Shown here piece after piece: positions 10,782-24,980 of a stretch of 40,781 nucleotides of DNA (position 1 is the stretch's first letter; each line of letters begins with the position of its first letter). This stretch comes from Paraglomus brasilianum (lineage: Eukaryota), in NCBI GenBank assembly GCA_910592345.1, contig CAJVPI010000231.1, positions 1 through 40,781 of the forward strand, given 5' to 3'. The notes beneath the pieces were generated by a model. That model did not search any database. It was not told the DNA's origin and worked only from the letters and a program-made list of their open reading frames with translations. The position numbers and the translations under genes are program-made.

Positions 10782-13700
10782 TTAATCGTCTTCAATGTCG
10801 CTTAAAGCCGCCCCACCGAACAATTCACTCGGCAAATTTAAGCTCAACCCATCTCCGGGTTGCCAAGTTGCTCGATGTAATAGTTTAATGCTTTCCCTAT
10901 TCCTAGCCCTTTGTTCTGCCCTTCTTCTTGCTTTTTCTTCTTCCTCATCCTCTGGAGTTGTTAATGTCGGAACCTTATCGCGCTCTGCTTCTTTTATTCT
11001 CCTCATCTCTTGTCTGATAGACATTGAATTCTCAAGACATTCGACGTATGTAGAATATTTTACTATTTCGTGTAGTAGCCATTGTGATTTCCTCTCCCAG
11101 TTTGAAGTGACTTTCGCATTGTTTGTCGATCGAGACGGGAACTGTTTGTGAGGCGAGTTGTGTGAAGTCGGTTTTAATTGGGTTAGATTGTGAATGAAAA
11201 TACAAAAGCCAATCCAAAAAAGTCTCACGAAAATCTCGTTTTATAAGAAACATACCATTTTGAGCATTGGTTCACGATAATGTTTGTGTTCTTCCAATTC
11301 GCTCTCGAGATCTATCATGTGTTTCTTTAGAGCTGCTAATTGAGATTCCTATAAAGTGGTCAAAAATTATCAATTAATTAACCTTTACATTTCCCGTCTA
11401 TCAATACACCCTACCAATGCTCCACTACCCCGTACTCACCTCATCAAGCGTACTAGAAACTAACGGTGGCATCGGAGCTTTCCATTCGCTGATAAGAATC
11501 TTATCGCTCGAAAATCCAGACCCTCCAGAAAGCACACTCCGCACATCACTTCTCGAATCACTCATTATGCTCCTCCGATCCTCCGTATCAATCATACTGC
11601 CATCCAAATACGGCTCTATGCATCTTCCCCAGCCATATTCCATATTACTAACACCACCAGTCAAAGGTTCTTTCGACGACCGCGCCGCCCAATAGTTACA
11701 CGTTGCTACCCATTCGTCAACTAGCTCTGCAGTGCCACATTGGAAGAAATATAGACCGCCTTGCGAAAGTGAGAGTGCCAAGACGTATGGACGAGTGCGA
11801 TTGTAACCGGGTGGAGGCAGTGCGCTGGAGATTGTGTGGCGAAGACTTAACTCTCCTAAAAGAGTGGCGTTATCCTAGAAAGTAAAGTGCAAAAATAATT
11901 AATTGGAAAGGTTAAACGTTGGATTAAAGATAGATAATTATGTATAAACGTATGTTATACTTGGTATGGTAATATAACCAAACGTATTATAAGCTACTGG
12001 ATGCAATCTCTAACACGCCTCTTTAACGTAACTTTGACTTACCATCCAATTTCCACCACCGACAATTTTATTTCTGCCTTTTTCCCCATTACTTGTTCCG
12101 AAAGACTCAAGTTTATACATTCTCAATTCGCCTTTTTCCACCGCCACAAACGTCTCTCTCCACTTATTATCCTTTGCTCTCTTATTCGCTGCCTCCCAGT
12201 AATGCTTCTTTACCAACAACCCTTCCTTTGCAAACGGAGCACCCGAGAGGTAGAGTTCGAGCGATTCGGACGTTGACGTGGAATCCGCCACAGAGACCGA
12301 GTCATCTTCCATGCCGGTCAAGTTTTGGTCTGAATTGGTTTCGCCATTTTCTGTCGATGTACTGTGGTGATGGTTGTTCGAACCAGATAAAGCCGCCTGG
12401 AGGGTTTGATAGCTTGAGCGGCGGGACATGTTATTCTGCTAATAGATATTTGTGGACGCAGTCATTTAATATAAGAACGTTAGTATCACGTATTCATGGG
12501 AGAAAATGCTTGAGGCTCGATGCACTTACATCATATTCACTTCCATTTCCAGAACTCGACGACGAATTTCTTCCGTTTATACGCGACTTTAAACTCGCCG
12601 CACTCAATCCTTTCCTTAATACGTTTATTCTTGTGTTTGGATGTCCTAAATGGCTCATACTTCTATTTAATGACGGAGTCAATCTTGTAGTATCTTGTGG
12701 CGTTTCCGAATCGGTTGATAGACGTGGCTGTTGTATCATATTCGACTTTATCGCCGAATACATTTCTTTTAATAAAGATTCCATTTCTGTATCCCATTGC
12801 CGCGAATAACCTGGCGATGTGGAAGATCCAAAATGTACGAGACTCGTGAAACTGGCATTAGGGTTACTCATCCAGCTTCGTATTGATGCGCTGCGGCGTG
12901 GTCGGGCAGTTGCCGATGTGCCGGTAGTGGTTGTTTCTATCGAGGCTATGGTCGATTGATCGTCTTCGTAATCGGGCGAACTTGGTTGGGATAAAGCAAT
13001 CGTAGCTTGTGCATGTACTGTGGCCATCGTGTTGCGTATGAATTGTTTTTGAGACATTTTTTTGGGTACTTCAGCAATGTGAAGATCTGTATTTAGTAAG
13101 AGAATTGAATATGCTATTGCATGGACCGTGTCTAGAAAGACGTAGAATGAGACCAGATGTTAGGAATTTATGTAATTGTCGTATTATCAAAGCTCCCTGC
13201 TTGATTATCCAAATTTACCTCCACTCCCATATACAGTCTTTGGATTACATTCCCAATATCTTTGTGAGAAAGCTTCTAATACTCTATCTACTTGTTGTGT
13301 TTCTCCTTTTATATACAAGTTAGCACACAATCGTCTGCATACGAGCATAATCACAATTTTTTTTCAGTTAATAACGTCGATGATGATAATATGTTCGTTA
13401 ACCAAACCAAAACTCTTACCGAAATGCATTATCTAGTCTTAAACCAGTAAAGTCAAAGTATTCCATATAACACTTCAATGCACGACGACTAATGTCCTTA
13501 CTTGAATTTAAAAAAAAAAGAAAAAAGAAAAGGCTTAGTATATATACACGCGCATCTTGCAAGACATATGAACGGGCCCTATTGACAATTACATCACTTT
13601 TGCCCGCTCTTCATTCCACCCGTCTCCCTAATACTTACGTTCCGCCTAAAAATTCTGTAACTTTTTCTTTCTTCATAGACGTTTCGTTATCGTCAAAACA

Positions 13701-15311
13701 CCGCTTGGCTGCATTCCTTGCCTGAGCCCACCTAAACTCTTCCTCATCCCTCTCCTCTGGTACGCCTGGTACCGTATCGATGCTCTCTACCGGACTTGCC
13801 AACATGGCCTCATCCACATGTATCTTGGGCGTAGACTCATCATTCAAGTCAAACTTTTCAGTCAGAGCCGATATAGTTAACTCGATCGTTGGACTCCCAA
13901 CTATAGTCCCATCAATTTCAGTTGTCGGCGATGGTGGAGCCGTATGAAGAGTTGCAGTAGAACCGCTGGCTGTTTCGTAGCAAGAACTGGCTATACTCGA
14001 TGATTGGCGCCCGCGGTCAGTTGACGTTGTAGATACGAACGTTAGCGGAGGAGAAGAGGGCGGAGAGGTAGTCCTGGGAAGTTCAGGTAATCTCTTATCC
14101 GGACGTTTTGGAGATCTTAGATTTACGGAATCACTTGCGGACTCTATATCGGACCGGGATGATTTGTTGAATAAACCCTTCTCCTCAGCCGCCGCCATTA
14201 ACGACCCTACGGAAAATGTCATTTCTGTTTCTTCCTGCGGCTCGTTCTTGCTTCTCTGTGTTGTCAATACATTTCTCCTCTCGGCTAATACTTGTGCAGT
14301 TGTCGACATTCCCTTTTCCTCTGCCTCCGCCATAAGCGAACCGGGTGAAAATAGTGAATTTTGTGATTTGTTGTCGGATGTGCCAATACTTGTTGGGCGA
14401 GATGGGGTAGGTGAAGTGAATGACGGGAAAACCGGATTTGTAGTCGATAGAAACGATGTGGGTTTGTCGTCATCGGACGAAGAGAATGGACCCGGTGATG
14501 CAGGGTTTAATTGTAGCCCTAAAGGAACGTCTTCGAGTTTTGCTACTGGGATATTTTCTTCAGAGTCTTTGTTAGAAGGAATTGGTGTGTAGAGAATGAG
14601 AATTAGATTGACACTTAATCGATAATATAACATACGCTCCGATTTAATGTACAGTTTTGCATAAATTGAGATTCATTAGTTCCACACACACGTTGCATAT
14701 TTCTTATGAAACACACGTAGACTCTCCTCCTTCCCTCCAATTCATTCACCCTCTCATTTGTTGTTACCTGTTCGTCGGCCTTTAGTCACTTTTCGCACAT
14801 TATGTTTTTTACTTTCTCCAAGACTAGACTCAAACATTGTACTCCTTTTTTCTACGATTTGTTTATCGAAAGTTTCTCTTTTCATATCACTAACCCCATC
14901 CAGATTGAAATATTCAAGTCGACCTATGTAGTCGGGCATGCTTTTGTTAGCATTAAGCTTCATTTTATACATGTTTGATCGTCTCTTTTCTTTGTTGTTA
15001 CTGCTATCAGTAAAGTCTAGATCTAATTGATCTAATTGCAAACATGCATACACAGGTGCAAAATCATTTAATGTTCTTTGGAGATTTTCATGCTCGTCGT
15101 TTGATTTGGGATAGGATGTACGTTTGGTGGGTGATTTTGGGGGGAGTGGTGGTGGTGGTGATGGTGAGGGAAATGCGCCCTCCTGTGAAGTGTGTATGGA
15201 TTGTATCGTGAGTTCATCTGCAAAGTTGGGTAGCGGTGGCCGTGTGCGGGTTTGTAATTGATCCGAAGAGGATTGCTGGAGCACGGAAAGCATGGACGTG
15301 CAAATAGGCAT
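10782..15311 (-). CDS. SYT1: Sec7 + PH domain Arf guanine-nucleotide exchange factor (SYT1/EFA6-like), multi-exon
   Basis: Spliced minus-strand exons give YMEYFDFTGLRLDNAFR, IKGETQQVDRVLEAFSQRYWECN (glutamate finger), AYSILLLNTDLH, then PH segments KEGLLVKKHYW...WRETFVAVEKGELRMY and FFQCGTAELVDEWVATCNYWAARSSKEP. Long S/P/T-rich N-terminus. Start codon uncertain. Confidence 0.85.
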
Positions 15312-17787
15312 TGGATAGGGTGTGAGTCGAACAGAAAGGAGGAGGAATGGTCAATATGTGTGTGAGAGTTGATAGCGATGTTACATTACGTAAGCGTGAA
15401 TTGGACGCTTGTTATTAACATAAATGATTTAATGACAGATTGTATGAAAAATAAAAGCTAGCCGTTATCATTTAAGTTCAAATTTATCGGGAATTGACGA
15501 ATAAACTATGTAATTGACTCTGATCATAATAGAGCATGTTCTCTTTCTAATCCATATTGTCTCGTTACTATTAAATTGTTTCAAGCGTGACAGATCTCCC
15601 AGTAATTTTTAACTATAGCCAAGAATAATAAACCGTTCCCAAATAATCTTCATCGTAACCCGGTAATGGAACAAGTATTTACCTTGTTGCCTAGCTTCCT
15701 AAAGAAGGTAGAAGTCTTTTTCATAGTCTTCTTCATGGCGACCGAATGTTGGTGTCAATTGTATATGGATACGACGTGAATGAATGTTTATGGACTCGAA
15801 TAACCCACAGGCATAGGCAAAGCGAGGCAAAGCGAGAGGACAATTATGGATAGAAGGAAGACGGAACTATTGTCACCAATGAATGAATGATGGATATCGA
15901 GTTGTACAGCGACATGCAGTGGGACATGAATCGACGTAATCAGCCGGGCCTAGCAATATTAGGGTAAAGGGAGAGCAAGGACGGGTAAACTTGCATGATA
16001 AATAACGCTCCATGTGTGAATACGCTGGATATGGTATACAGAGCCATATCGATAGGGCAATGTAAACACCGCAACAAAAAAATTTCGGGGTTCAAACGCT
16101 ATTTTCTGGACCTTACTTTTGGAAGAGGGTGGAAAATCAGCAGTCACATGTAGCATTCCTCGCTCATTCAGACCATTTAGGAAAATTAAAATTAAGTATG
16201 TCTACCAATGGATCAATATTGGGTAGGAACAATAAGTGCATGTCTCCCTTTCAGTATTCATTCGAAAGACTATAGAAATATAAAGATTCGTGCAACTATC
16301 AAGTTTACTATGAACTCTAATGCTACGGCGCAATCAATATGCAAGAAAAGCGTGGTGACTGCTGTGAATGCATCAGTAAAAAGGGTTGATCAAGAGCGGA
16401 GAGAAACGAAAACGAATAGGACATAGAGTTGACAGTTTAAGTTTATAGTAAATTATGATGAAGTTGAAACATAACATAGGCTATTACTGAAGAGAGTAAT
16501 AATGATGGATTTACAAAAGTCTATCACTATTACATAATTATAGTATATGCATAAGTAATAAATACCAAAGTAAAGATGATATCAATAAATTTAATGAGAA
16601 TAAAAATTACGTATCATCAATCATCAATATTAAAACTTTGATAAACATTATTAGAAGGATGAACTATTTCCATCCTATCTGGCAAAATTAACTACCCTCC
16701 CTTTCATGTCACATTATCAGAACGATAAGACAAGCGCGCGAATAATAATTATTGTCACAACGTCGATAAATCTAAGATATATCGACATAACATGTACAAA
16801 TACCCCAACATACCAGGCGCTTCCAATAATTGGTTTGTTACGATATTATTTATTATTGGCCAACTAAAACCGAAAAATGTAGTGTAACTGATGTGTAAAA
16901 TTGAGATAGCTACACAAAAAGTGTGGCGAGGCATGGCAGAGAAGTAGATTCGGTTGTTAAAGATGTGGGCGATAGATAGCATTGCGGTAAATGTGTAAAC
17001 ACTAAATATCAAATACATATAACTACAACTCAAAATAGTATTATGGTCCATATTAACCGTTCTACCAGTTACTTGAAACAGTGACTCGTTCGCTCATTAG
17101 AACGAGATGTATGAAAGATGTCCGAAAGTATTTGCCCTTATCTAGTTTACAATTTTTTCATCAAAGATCATTATTGGTTGTTGTTCCAGTAAGGTTCTAG
17201 TCTATGCATCGTAGCTGCTGATCTATTGCCTCAAACAACTTTTTTAGCCAATAATTCGATTGGTATCAATTATTGCACAAACGGTTTAGCATGGCGTATT
17301 GGCAAGTAAGAGAAATTAGCTACGCCTTAATTGATGCGGAAGACCACGTTTTTAGAGTTTAAGTTTGAGAATATTTTCGAAATTCGATGCATTATAGTGG
17401 TTATTCGTGTTGCACACTTGTTTATTTATCTGGATCCAGAACCAGCATTTACGTTTCCTTTCGGGACATTATTTAAGGAGTAAATAATTAAACGATATAT
17501 TGCTTATGTAATAGTAATTGTCATAGACATTTGGATTAAAAACAGGTTTACAATCAAGAGATCGAAATCGTACTGCCTGATTGGTTGGTTGAAATATAAA
17601 TTCTCTTGGTTACATACGAAGTCTTGAGACATCAAATTCCTCAGAGTGGGAAAACAATCCAACTATTAGCTTGTTCTTAGCAGATAGACACAAAAACATT
17701 TACAAGTGAGTCTCGACAATCTTGTTATACAGACAGAAACCGTAGAACAAAACATCAATATTACTTAGTTGTTATTATAAAATTAAT

Positions 17788-17862
17788 TCTCGATATAAGG
17801 ACATACTCGATATAGTGACCATTTGTGTTGGAATTGAGCATGTCGTTATATCGAGATTCACT
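17788..17862. mobile_element. Short inverted-repeat element, pogo/Tigger-like MITE or transposon end
   Basis: TCTCGATATAAGGACA (17788) pairs 15/16 with the reverse complement of TGTCGTTATATCGAGA (17841-17856); internal third copy CTCGATATAGTGAC. Family assignment is by recalled resemblance only. Confidence 0.5.
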
Positions 17863-19399
17863 ATCACTTGTATAAACATTATGCTCTGACTAGTTTTGCG
17901 ACAAGTAATAATTAATGTATGATTGGCTTATTGGTACAATAAATCATTGAAGAGACATGGCTATAATAATAACATTTTCGCAATATTTAATTTGTTTCCA
18001 ATTACTAATCGTCTGACAGTAAACCTGCTTGAAAGCTAAGTTAAACTCTTAAAATGCTGGTAGAATTGTCAGACCTCAAAATGAAACCAATGCTTGTTTA
18101 TACTTAGAACATGATTCTCATGTAAATTGGCAAGCAAATTTGGATCAGAAAAACTAAATTTATTTAATTTTATTCGAAAGTTAGTGTACAAATTCTCTTT
18201 ACTCACAGTTTACTAATTCGTCTAATTATCACCATTCTAAGCAAAATGTAACGACAGTTTAAATTATGGAAAAGCAGCAACTAAGGAAACGAGGTTATTC
18301 GCATAGTCGAAATATACGGTATCTTACAAATGTCATAGGAGAGTTTCCGTTATAGTTATATTTTTATCTAACTATTGATATGATTTAAAAACAGGCTTAC
18401 TTATTTAAAGTAAATATAATATTTCCCAAGGGTGAACGTGGTAGGCAGATTACGAAGATTCTTTTCGCTACCACTTTATTACGATTGATTAATACTCTTG
18501 TATTTAGTGAACATGTTATCACATCATACGGTATTAATCAATGTCTAGACGAATATTCCCGAAGCATAATTCTTTATAGACATACTCTATGTAGCATCGA
18601 ATAGTAAATTGCCTAATAATTACAATTGTGCGCTCTCTCAAACGGTAGAATGAGTGAAAATAATTCAATTTCACTTCGATATCAACCTTTGCTATTGACG
18701 TGAGTTGTCGCCTAGGTACGACGTTCATCCATACTCAGAAGCCTATAGACGATGACTAAGTCTTTATTCGAGTCATTTTTTTCAGTGATGATAATTTCAT
18801 CGTAAGCATAAACAGCCTGCTCCGTCGTTCCAACTGTGTAGACTTCGTCGTGCCGCATATCCATTAACTAACATATCTTCTTTTATCACTCACTAGAACC
18901 ATCAATTCAAGCATACTAGTCGAATAAGTTGTTTAGTAATCGTTTGCCGCGAAAAATAAGACTTTATTCAGAGTTGACAAAGAACTAGTTCTTTATTGAA
19001 ACGAATAGTAATATCATAGCATGACTTTTATAATAATAAAGAAATAAATAAAATCGACGTTGACAATGAATGCGAGTATTAATGCGTTTTTAATAAGTCA
19101 TTAATTGTATTCCAAGTCGTTGTATTTTCAGTCGTGCCGAATTCACCATTTTGGTTAGCTAGATTCAATTAAATTAAGCCAATATTACCAGTACATTTTC
19201 AAGGCCTACAACTTATTTCTACTAGCACCAAATAATAACAGAATAATAATTGCCAACATGTAAAAAAGTCAATAATAATTAATATTATTGGTTCGCTTAA
19301 ATGTATTACACAGGACATGTACGTATACTAGTGACGTAAATAAATATTGCAGAATAACTATTCCGCAGTAGCAATTTAGATAAAACTCGAATAGGTTAT

Positions 19400-19483
19400 A
19401 CACCTTTTCTGTATAGGATTTTGGTCGAAGGCTCCAACGGAACAATGGAATAACTCTTACGATAGAATAAAACCTATAGGATT
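19400..19483 (+). repeat. Dispersed repeat, inverted copy of 36310-36392
   Basis: ACACCTTTTCTGTATAGGATTTTGGTCGAAGGCTCCAACGGAACAATGGAATAACTCTTACG aligns by eye at roughly 80% with the reverse complement of 36310-36392. Confidence 0.75.
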
Positions 19484-19699
19484 GAATACACGTAATACGA
19501 TGAAAACAACTAATAACTTACAATCAATGGCGAAATCCTAGCAATGTTCTTAGTAATACGATTATACCTAATAACTGCAACAACAATACCGCGCTCGTAC
19601 AACACCATAATAATAAGTAAATTAACCATTTAACCAAAACGGTTCTATTTATTATGCATATTATTAAATAGGCATGAGTCATTTAAATAGTAATTAATA

Positions 19700-21030
19700 A
19701 ATCTCATATCTTAAGACTGTTTTGTGCCGATGTATTTCCATGTTAGCTGTCTTTTGATACCTAATAAGTTTATTATTATGTATGTTCCTTCCATTCCTGT
19801 TCCATTCTCATAGCAAACACTGAGATTTTGTAAACAGACATTCTCTTGCTCAGGTGCTCTTGTCTACTTCCCACTTGCATAGTAAAAACCAAGGCCAACT
19901 TGTGCATAAGAATGTCCTTGTTCAGCAGCCTTTTGATACAAATCAATTGCTTTTTGTATATCTTTTACAACACCAATTCCATTCTTATAGGAAAGAGCAA
20001 GATTGTATTGTGCATTAGCATTTCCTTGTTCAGCTGCCTTCTGATACAACTCAACTGCTTTTTGTGTGTCTTTTCCCACTCCTATTCCCTCCTCATAACA
20101 AATACCAAGGTTACATTGTGCAACAGCATTCCCTTGTTCAGCTGCTTTCTCATACAGCTCAACTGCTTTTTGTATGTCTTTTCCCACTCCTGTCCCCTCC
20201 TGATAACAAATACCAAGGTTGCATTGTGCAACAGCATCCCCTTGTTCAGCTGCTTTCTCATACAGCTCAACTGCTTTTTGTATGTCTTTTCCCACTCCTG
20301 TCCCCTTCTCATAACAAATACCAAGGTTGTTTTGTGCAACAGCATTCCCTTGTTCAGCTGCTTTCTCATACAGCTCAACTGCTTTTTGTATGTCTTTTCC
20401 CACTCCTGTCCCCTCCTGATAACAAATACCAAGGTTGCATTGTGCAACAGCATCCCCTTGTTCAGCTGCTTTCTCATACAGCTCAACTGCTTTTTGCATG
20501 TCTTTTCCCACTCCTATCCCCTCCTCATAACAAACACCAAGGTTGTATTGTGCTTGAGCATTTCCTTGTTCAGCTGCATTCTGAAACAACTCAACTGCTT
20601 TTTGTATGTTTTTTCCCACTCCTGCTCCCTCCCCATAGCAAATACCAAGGCTAATTTGTGCACTAGTATTTCCTTGTTCAGCTGCTTTCTCATACAGCTC
20701 AACTGCTTTTTGTATGTCTTTTCCCACTCCTGTCCCCTCCTCATAACAAACACCAAGCTTGTATTGTGCAACAGCATTTCCTTGTTCAGCTGCTTTCTGA
20801 TACAGCCCAACTGCTTTTTGTATGTTCTTTTCCACTCCTATTCCCTCCTTATAAAAAACACCAAGGTTGTATTGTGCAACAGCATTTCCTTGTTCAGCTG
20901 CTTTCTCATACAGCTCAACTGCTTTCTGCATGTTAATGTTCTTTTCAATTTCAATTCCATTCTCATTATTATTGTCATAGTGATAACTAAGACTAACTTG
21001 TGCAACAGTATTTCCTTGCTCAGCTACCTT
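19700..21030 (-). repeat. 108-bp tandem coding repeat (36-aa SEL1), including decayed copies past the stop
   Basis: 108-nt period; units 20131-20238 and 20347-20454 are identical. Confidence 0.95.
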
Positions 21031-22194
21031 TTGCATGTTCATTTTCATTCCTGTCTTATTATTATAAAAATGCTGGTTAATATCAAATTCTGGTAGCTGG
21101 TTCTGGTTTTCCATTATATTTTTTAACCTATTATAGCATTGTTCACTGTTTGGTCTTTTTTCTGAGTCATTGTTCCAGCATTCTGTGTATAAATTTTTAT
21201 ACTCTTCTGGTGTGCCTGGAACTACATCATGGCGACCACCCTTCAATCTGTAAAGTTGAATGTCATTGTTGCTGTTGAATTCACTGCATGGATATTCTCT
21301 GCTGGATATTTCCCATAGGATGATCCCAAAGCTAAAAATATCTGATTTTTCATCACGTTTACTGTAATTATCATTAAAGCATTTAGGATCAAGGTATGCA
21401 TAAGTTCCTCCATGATCTGAGTAAGTCTTTTGTTGCAATATTTCTTCAGATATCCCAAAATCCGCAATCTTAGCTGTTTTCCCGTGAATTAGTACATTGT
21501 TTGAAGACTTGTGACAGCATAGAAGCAATAGATCAATACAATTTACATTGAATAAAATGGTACTAATGAGATATACTTACTAAATCTTTATGCAAGATTC
21601 CTACTCGATGAATATACATCAATCCATTGATGATATCCAACCCAAGTTGACAGTTAGCAGGCCAATCTAGTTTGATACCTGGCGTTGATAAGTATTCCCG
21701 TAACGAACCCTTGTCGGCATAATCAAAGACCATCAAGTATCTTCCCTTGATATCTATTTGAACAATTTGGAAGATGTTATACTCATGCTCATTTTTCTAA
21801 TACATGAATTTTTGTCATCACTTACCTTTGCTAACGCCAAGAAATCGGATTATGTTGGGATGGTCATCTACTCTACGATGGATCTTGAGCTAGATATAAT
21901 GCCATGAAACAAATTAAATATAAGAACCAAGTTTTTAGACTCCAGTGCAGTTCCACCATGTTCAATACAGACCTCTTTTACAAAGTATTTCAAGAACTTG
22001 TCTTCGTTCGAATATTTGATCATCTTGAAGGCAACCGTAATGCCCGATGTTGCTACCGTTGCTCTGAAAACTACACCGAATGCACCATGGCCTATGCAGT
22101 CTTTACCTATTAAGCCATCATAAGAATAGAATCGAATGTATTCACTTTCAATGCTCTTTTCTAACCACTCTTTATCTGAGGCAATTGATGTCAT
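19864..22194 (-). CDS. TKL-type kinase fused to SEL1-like repeats (1 degenerate + 9 complete + 1 partial); exons 22194-21973, 21889-21826, 21753-21581, 21507-19864
   Basis: GHGAFGVVFRA, VAFK, HPNIIRFLG, HKDL|SSNN, IADFG, AYLDP, SDIFSFGIILWEI, CWNNDSEKRP, then 36-aa units AQCNLGICYQEGTGVGKDIQKAVELYEKAAEQG. Confidence 0.92.
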
Positions 22195-23764
22195 AACTGT
22201 TTGTTACTGTTGGGTTGAAGTTCTGCGCATTTTCGAATATTGTTACATTCCGTAACACACACACACAATTGGATTGTATTACATTTCCGCTTTTTGCGAC
22301 TACGTTAATTAACCAATACAACCTCTTTTAGTTATTCTTTAAACAAAACTATTGTTTGCTCGCATGTAGACACTCAATTAGTAACAACGAGATTTGTTTC
22401 GAAAAAATAACACCGTGAAGCTGTCTGTATTGTATCTATGTTTACAAATAGATTTGCTTTCTTATTTCTTTTTATTCTAAAATAGCTTTCTAACTGGTAA
22501 TACTCATACGTCTGTCAAAGCCGCTAGAACATATTATTATTTCTTTGAATTGAAATTTCTTTTACTTTGAAACTTTCATTTAATTCTTGTTCGTGAGATT
22601 CTATTCTCTCACTCGCAATTGCCTTCTTTACAAAATAAATATATAGCCAAATAAAAACTAAGCATCTAGTAAATATGGAGAAACTTTCCGATATTGTCTT
22701 GTTTGCCCAGAATAATATTCTGTAATTTAGGGAAAAAATAGATTGAGAAACTATATTAAATCGTTGCATTTATTCAAACATGCTGCGCTGTACACTAACT
22801 GCAAAAAGACTTTTCCAGAAAGCGACTTAAAAAATTTAATTCTCTCTCCACAACATGTATTCAGTGTCTCGATTAAAGAATGAAAAGACACACTATTCAT
22901 TAAATTTATCAGAATTGATTAGAAGATAGCCTACAGAATATGGACCGAAGCTGCTGACATTCAAACAGATAACGCTGAAGATGATAAAGAAGTCATAGTC
23001 ATATTAATTAATTATCTCAACTAGTTTTTTAGCTACAAATTAGTGGATGGAGACAATTTGCTTGGAATTTAGTTCTTTCAATCGAGGCTTGGCTAACTCC
23101 TAATTGCTAATACAGTTAGTGACCTTTAATTTGGGCTTATATACTCAAGATTCATACGCTCGGTCTTGTATACGCAGATTCTCACTGCAGTTATAACCCT
23201 ACCCTACTGTAGGACGTTCGGAGAACAAAATAATACTGTCTACTAGTAAATATCACCGACTATTTACTGTATATTATACCAGACAATATTAAATATTTTG
23301 AGTGATGTTTAAACAGCCCAACTCATTACCAAAAAATACTAATGTTCAATACCAATAGTTTTCCTCTAAAACAACATGACTTATTACCTACATCCAATGA
23401 GTTTCTGACGATGCTGTATATGATATTCCAGATGATGACCAACTTATCAGAGACTTAAAGAAGAAATTTACGAGTGCTGCTTGCAAATACCGAAAAAAAT
23501 GAGAGGTGACTTGTCAATACTAGTATGGGTTAAATTTACGACAAATAAAAGACGCAGTGAACAGATAAATGTTAACGGGAAAAAAAAAGCAGTCAGATGA
23601 AACAAACGACTATTTTTCTAAACAGGAAACTTTACGGACTTTTTCTCAGCGGATCCGGATCCCGAACTTATTAGCTTAGTTCGATTTACATGGGGATGGG
23701 AATATATGAATGGTGTATGTCGACCAGTTACAAAGTGCGGTGCTATTAGTAAAAAATACTGGAA

Positions 23765-23852
23765 AATTCGGTTTAACGGGGTAAAATCATTATTGCTGGT
23801 TTTGACCCTATCTTCGGTATAACAAGGTTCGTTATAACGGGTTGCCTTTGTA
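23765..23852 (-). mobile_element. Possible pogo/Tigger-like transposon terminus (relic)
   Basis: Three copies of a TTCG(G/T)T(A/T)TAAC motif (23767, 23813, 23828) ending near ...TTTGTA, the layout typical of Tc1/pogo ends. No transposase ORF or partner end identified. Confidence 0.35.
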
Positions 23853-24940
23853 TTTAGCACTAATTCAAACTAATCTGCGGAGTTGTGTGAACAATGAGAT
23901 AATCCTAATGTCATACTGATGTACAAGTGGAATGGTGTTAAACAATATGTTATCTTTCCGTATCTATACATTATAAATTCAGAGATTGTATATATACTTT
24001 ATTGGCATATATTTTGCCTCGACTACTTGTTACTTCCGAGTCTACAAAACAGTTTCAAATTAGATCTATAATTAGGTTTTAGTTATAATTGTACATCAGA
24101 CATGATAAAGAGGACTTTTGTAAGCTAACGGTATAGAACTCACACACAATTCGATATTGCGGAATAAAAGCTGGTTGTTATATCGACTTTCATTGTGTAT
24201 ACTGGTATACTTACATAAAATACTAGTTTCCTAAATGCTCATTCGCTATACATTGTCTGGGACCAGTAATTTGTGAATCGACAAAATTAGGTTGGGAAAT
24301 TAAAGTACGAAGAATAACGTTTAAGAGTTCAATGGAGATAATGTCGATAGCGAAATCAATTCAATTGCGTTAGAATTCAATCTTATCGTTATCGACCATC
24401 CACGTCTAGTAATTTATCGAACTATCCTTTTCAACGTTTGACTCAACATCCTTTTCCTATTATCAAAACTACAGCCTTAATTCCTAAGTTTGTTGCGTTC
24501 ATAATATAACGATAACGACTTGTGGTCTCTTTGGTAATCTAACCGTTTTAGTATTATCATTTGTTAATAAATCTAATTTAGGTTTGATGTCGAGAATTTT
24601 ACTGCTAAAAATAGTTGTTGAGCAACAAATAGGAGTTATACTGTTATATTGGTAAAGTTTAAACAGCACATTGCGATTATTAGTTTCGAGAAAGTCACTG
24701 CGCATTCAACCTCCAACGAATTAACTTTTAAAATTCTGGATCTAACATAAATTGGGGATTGCCGTATTGGTATCAATGTACCCCTGGAACCTTCTTGTTG
24801 TTGTCGGCATTACTTCCTTATAAACTCTTTCCCCCGTTTGTGCATAATGCTATCTTGTACAAATATTAATTATAATACGCGCTATCATGTGATGCTGTCG
24901 TTAGTGACACTAAACAAAACAAAATCAATCTTTTGGTATG

Positions 24941-24980
24941 TAATAAATTGCCATCAAATCTAATAAATTGCCATCAAATC
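24941..24980 (+). repeat. Perfect 20-bp tandem duplication upstream of bioF
   Basis: TAATAAATTGCCATCAAATC x2. Confidence 0.95.

Noticed and set aside
12093..14592. Plus-strand ORFs of 238 and 142 aa
   Set aside because: Antisense to well-supported Sec7-PH exons.
15683..15736. Minus-strand mini-exon MKKTMKKTSTFFRKLGNK followed by GTAAAT, upstream of the Sec7 gene
   Set aside because: The nearest acceptor (15612) leads to a stop after 13 codons and I could not join it in frame to the main gene; it may be a uORF or chance.
18534..18865. Interrupted minus-strand reading frames in the AT-rich island
   Set aside because: No recognisable motif; cannot be assigned without a search.
19846..21096. 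416-aa plus-strand Cys/Leu/Phe-rich ORF and other overlapping frames
   Set aside because: Antisense to the SEL1 array; a stop-free unit repeated in tandem yields a long ORF automatically.
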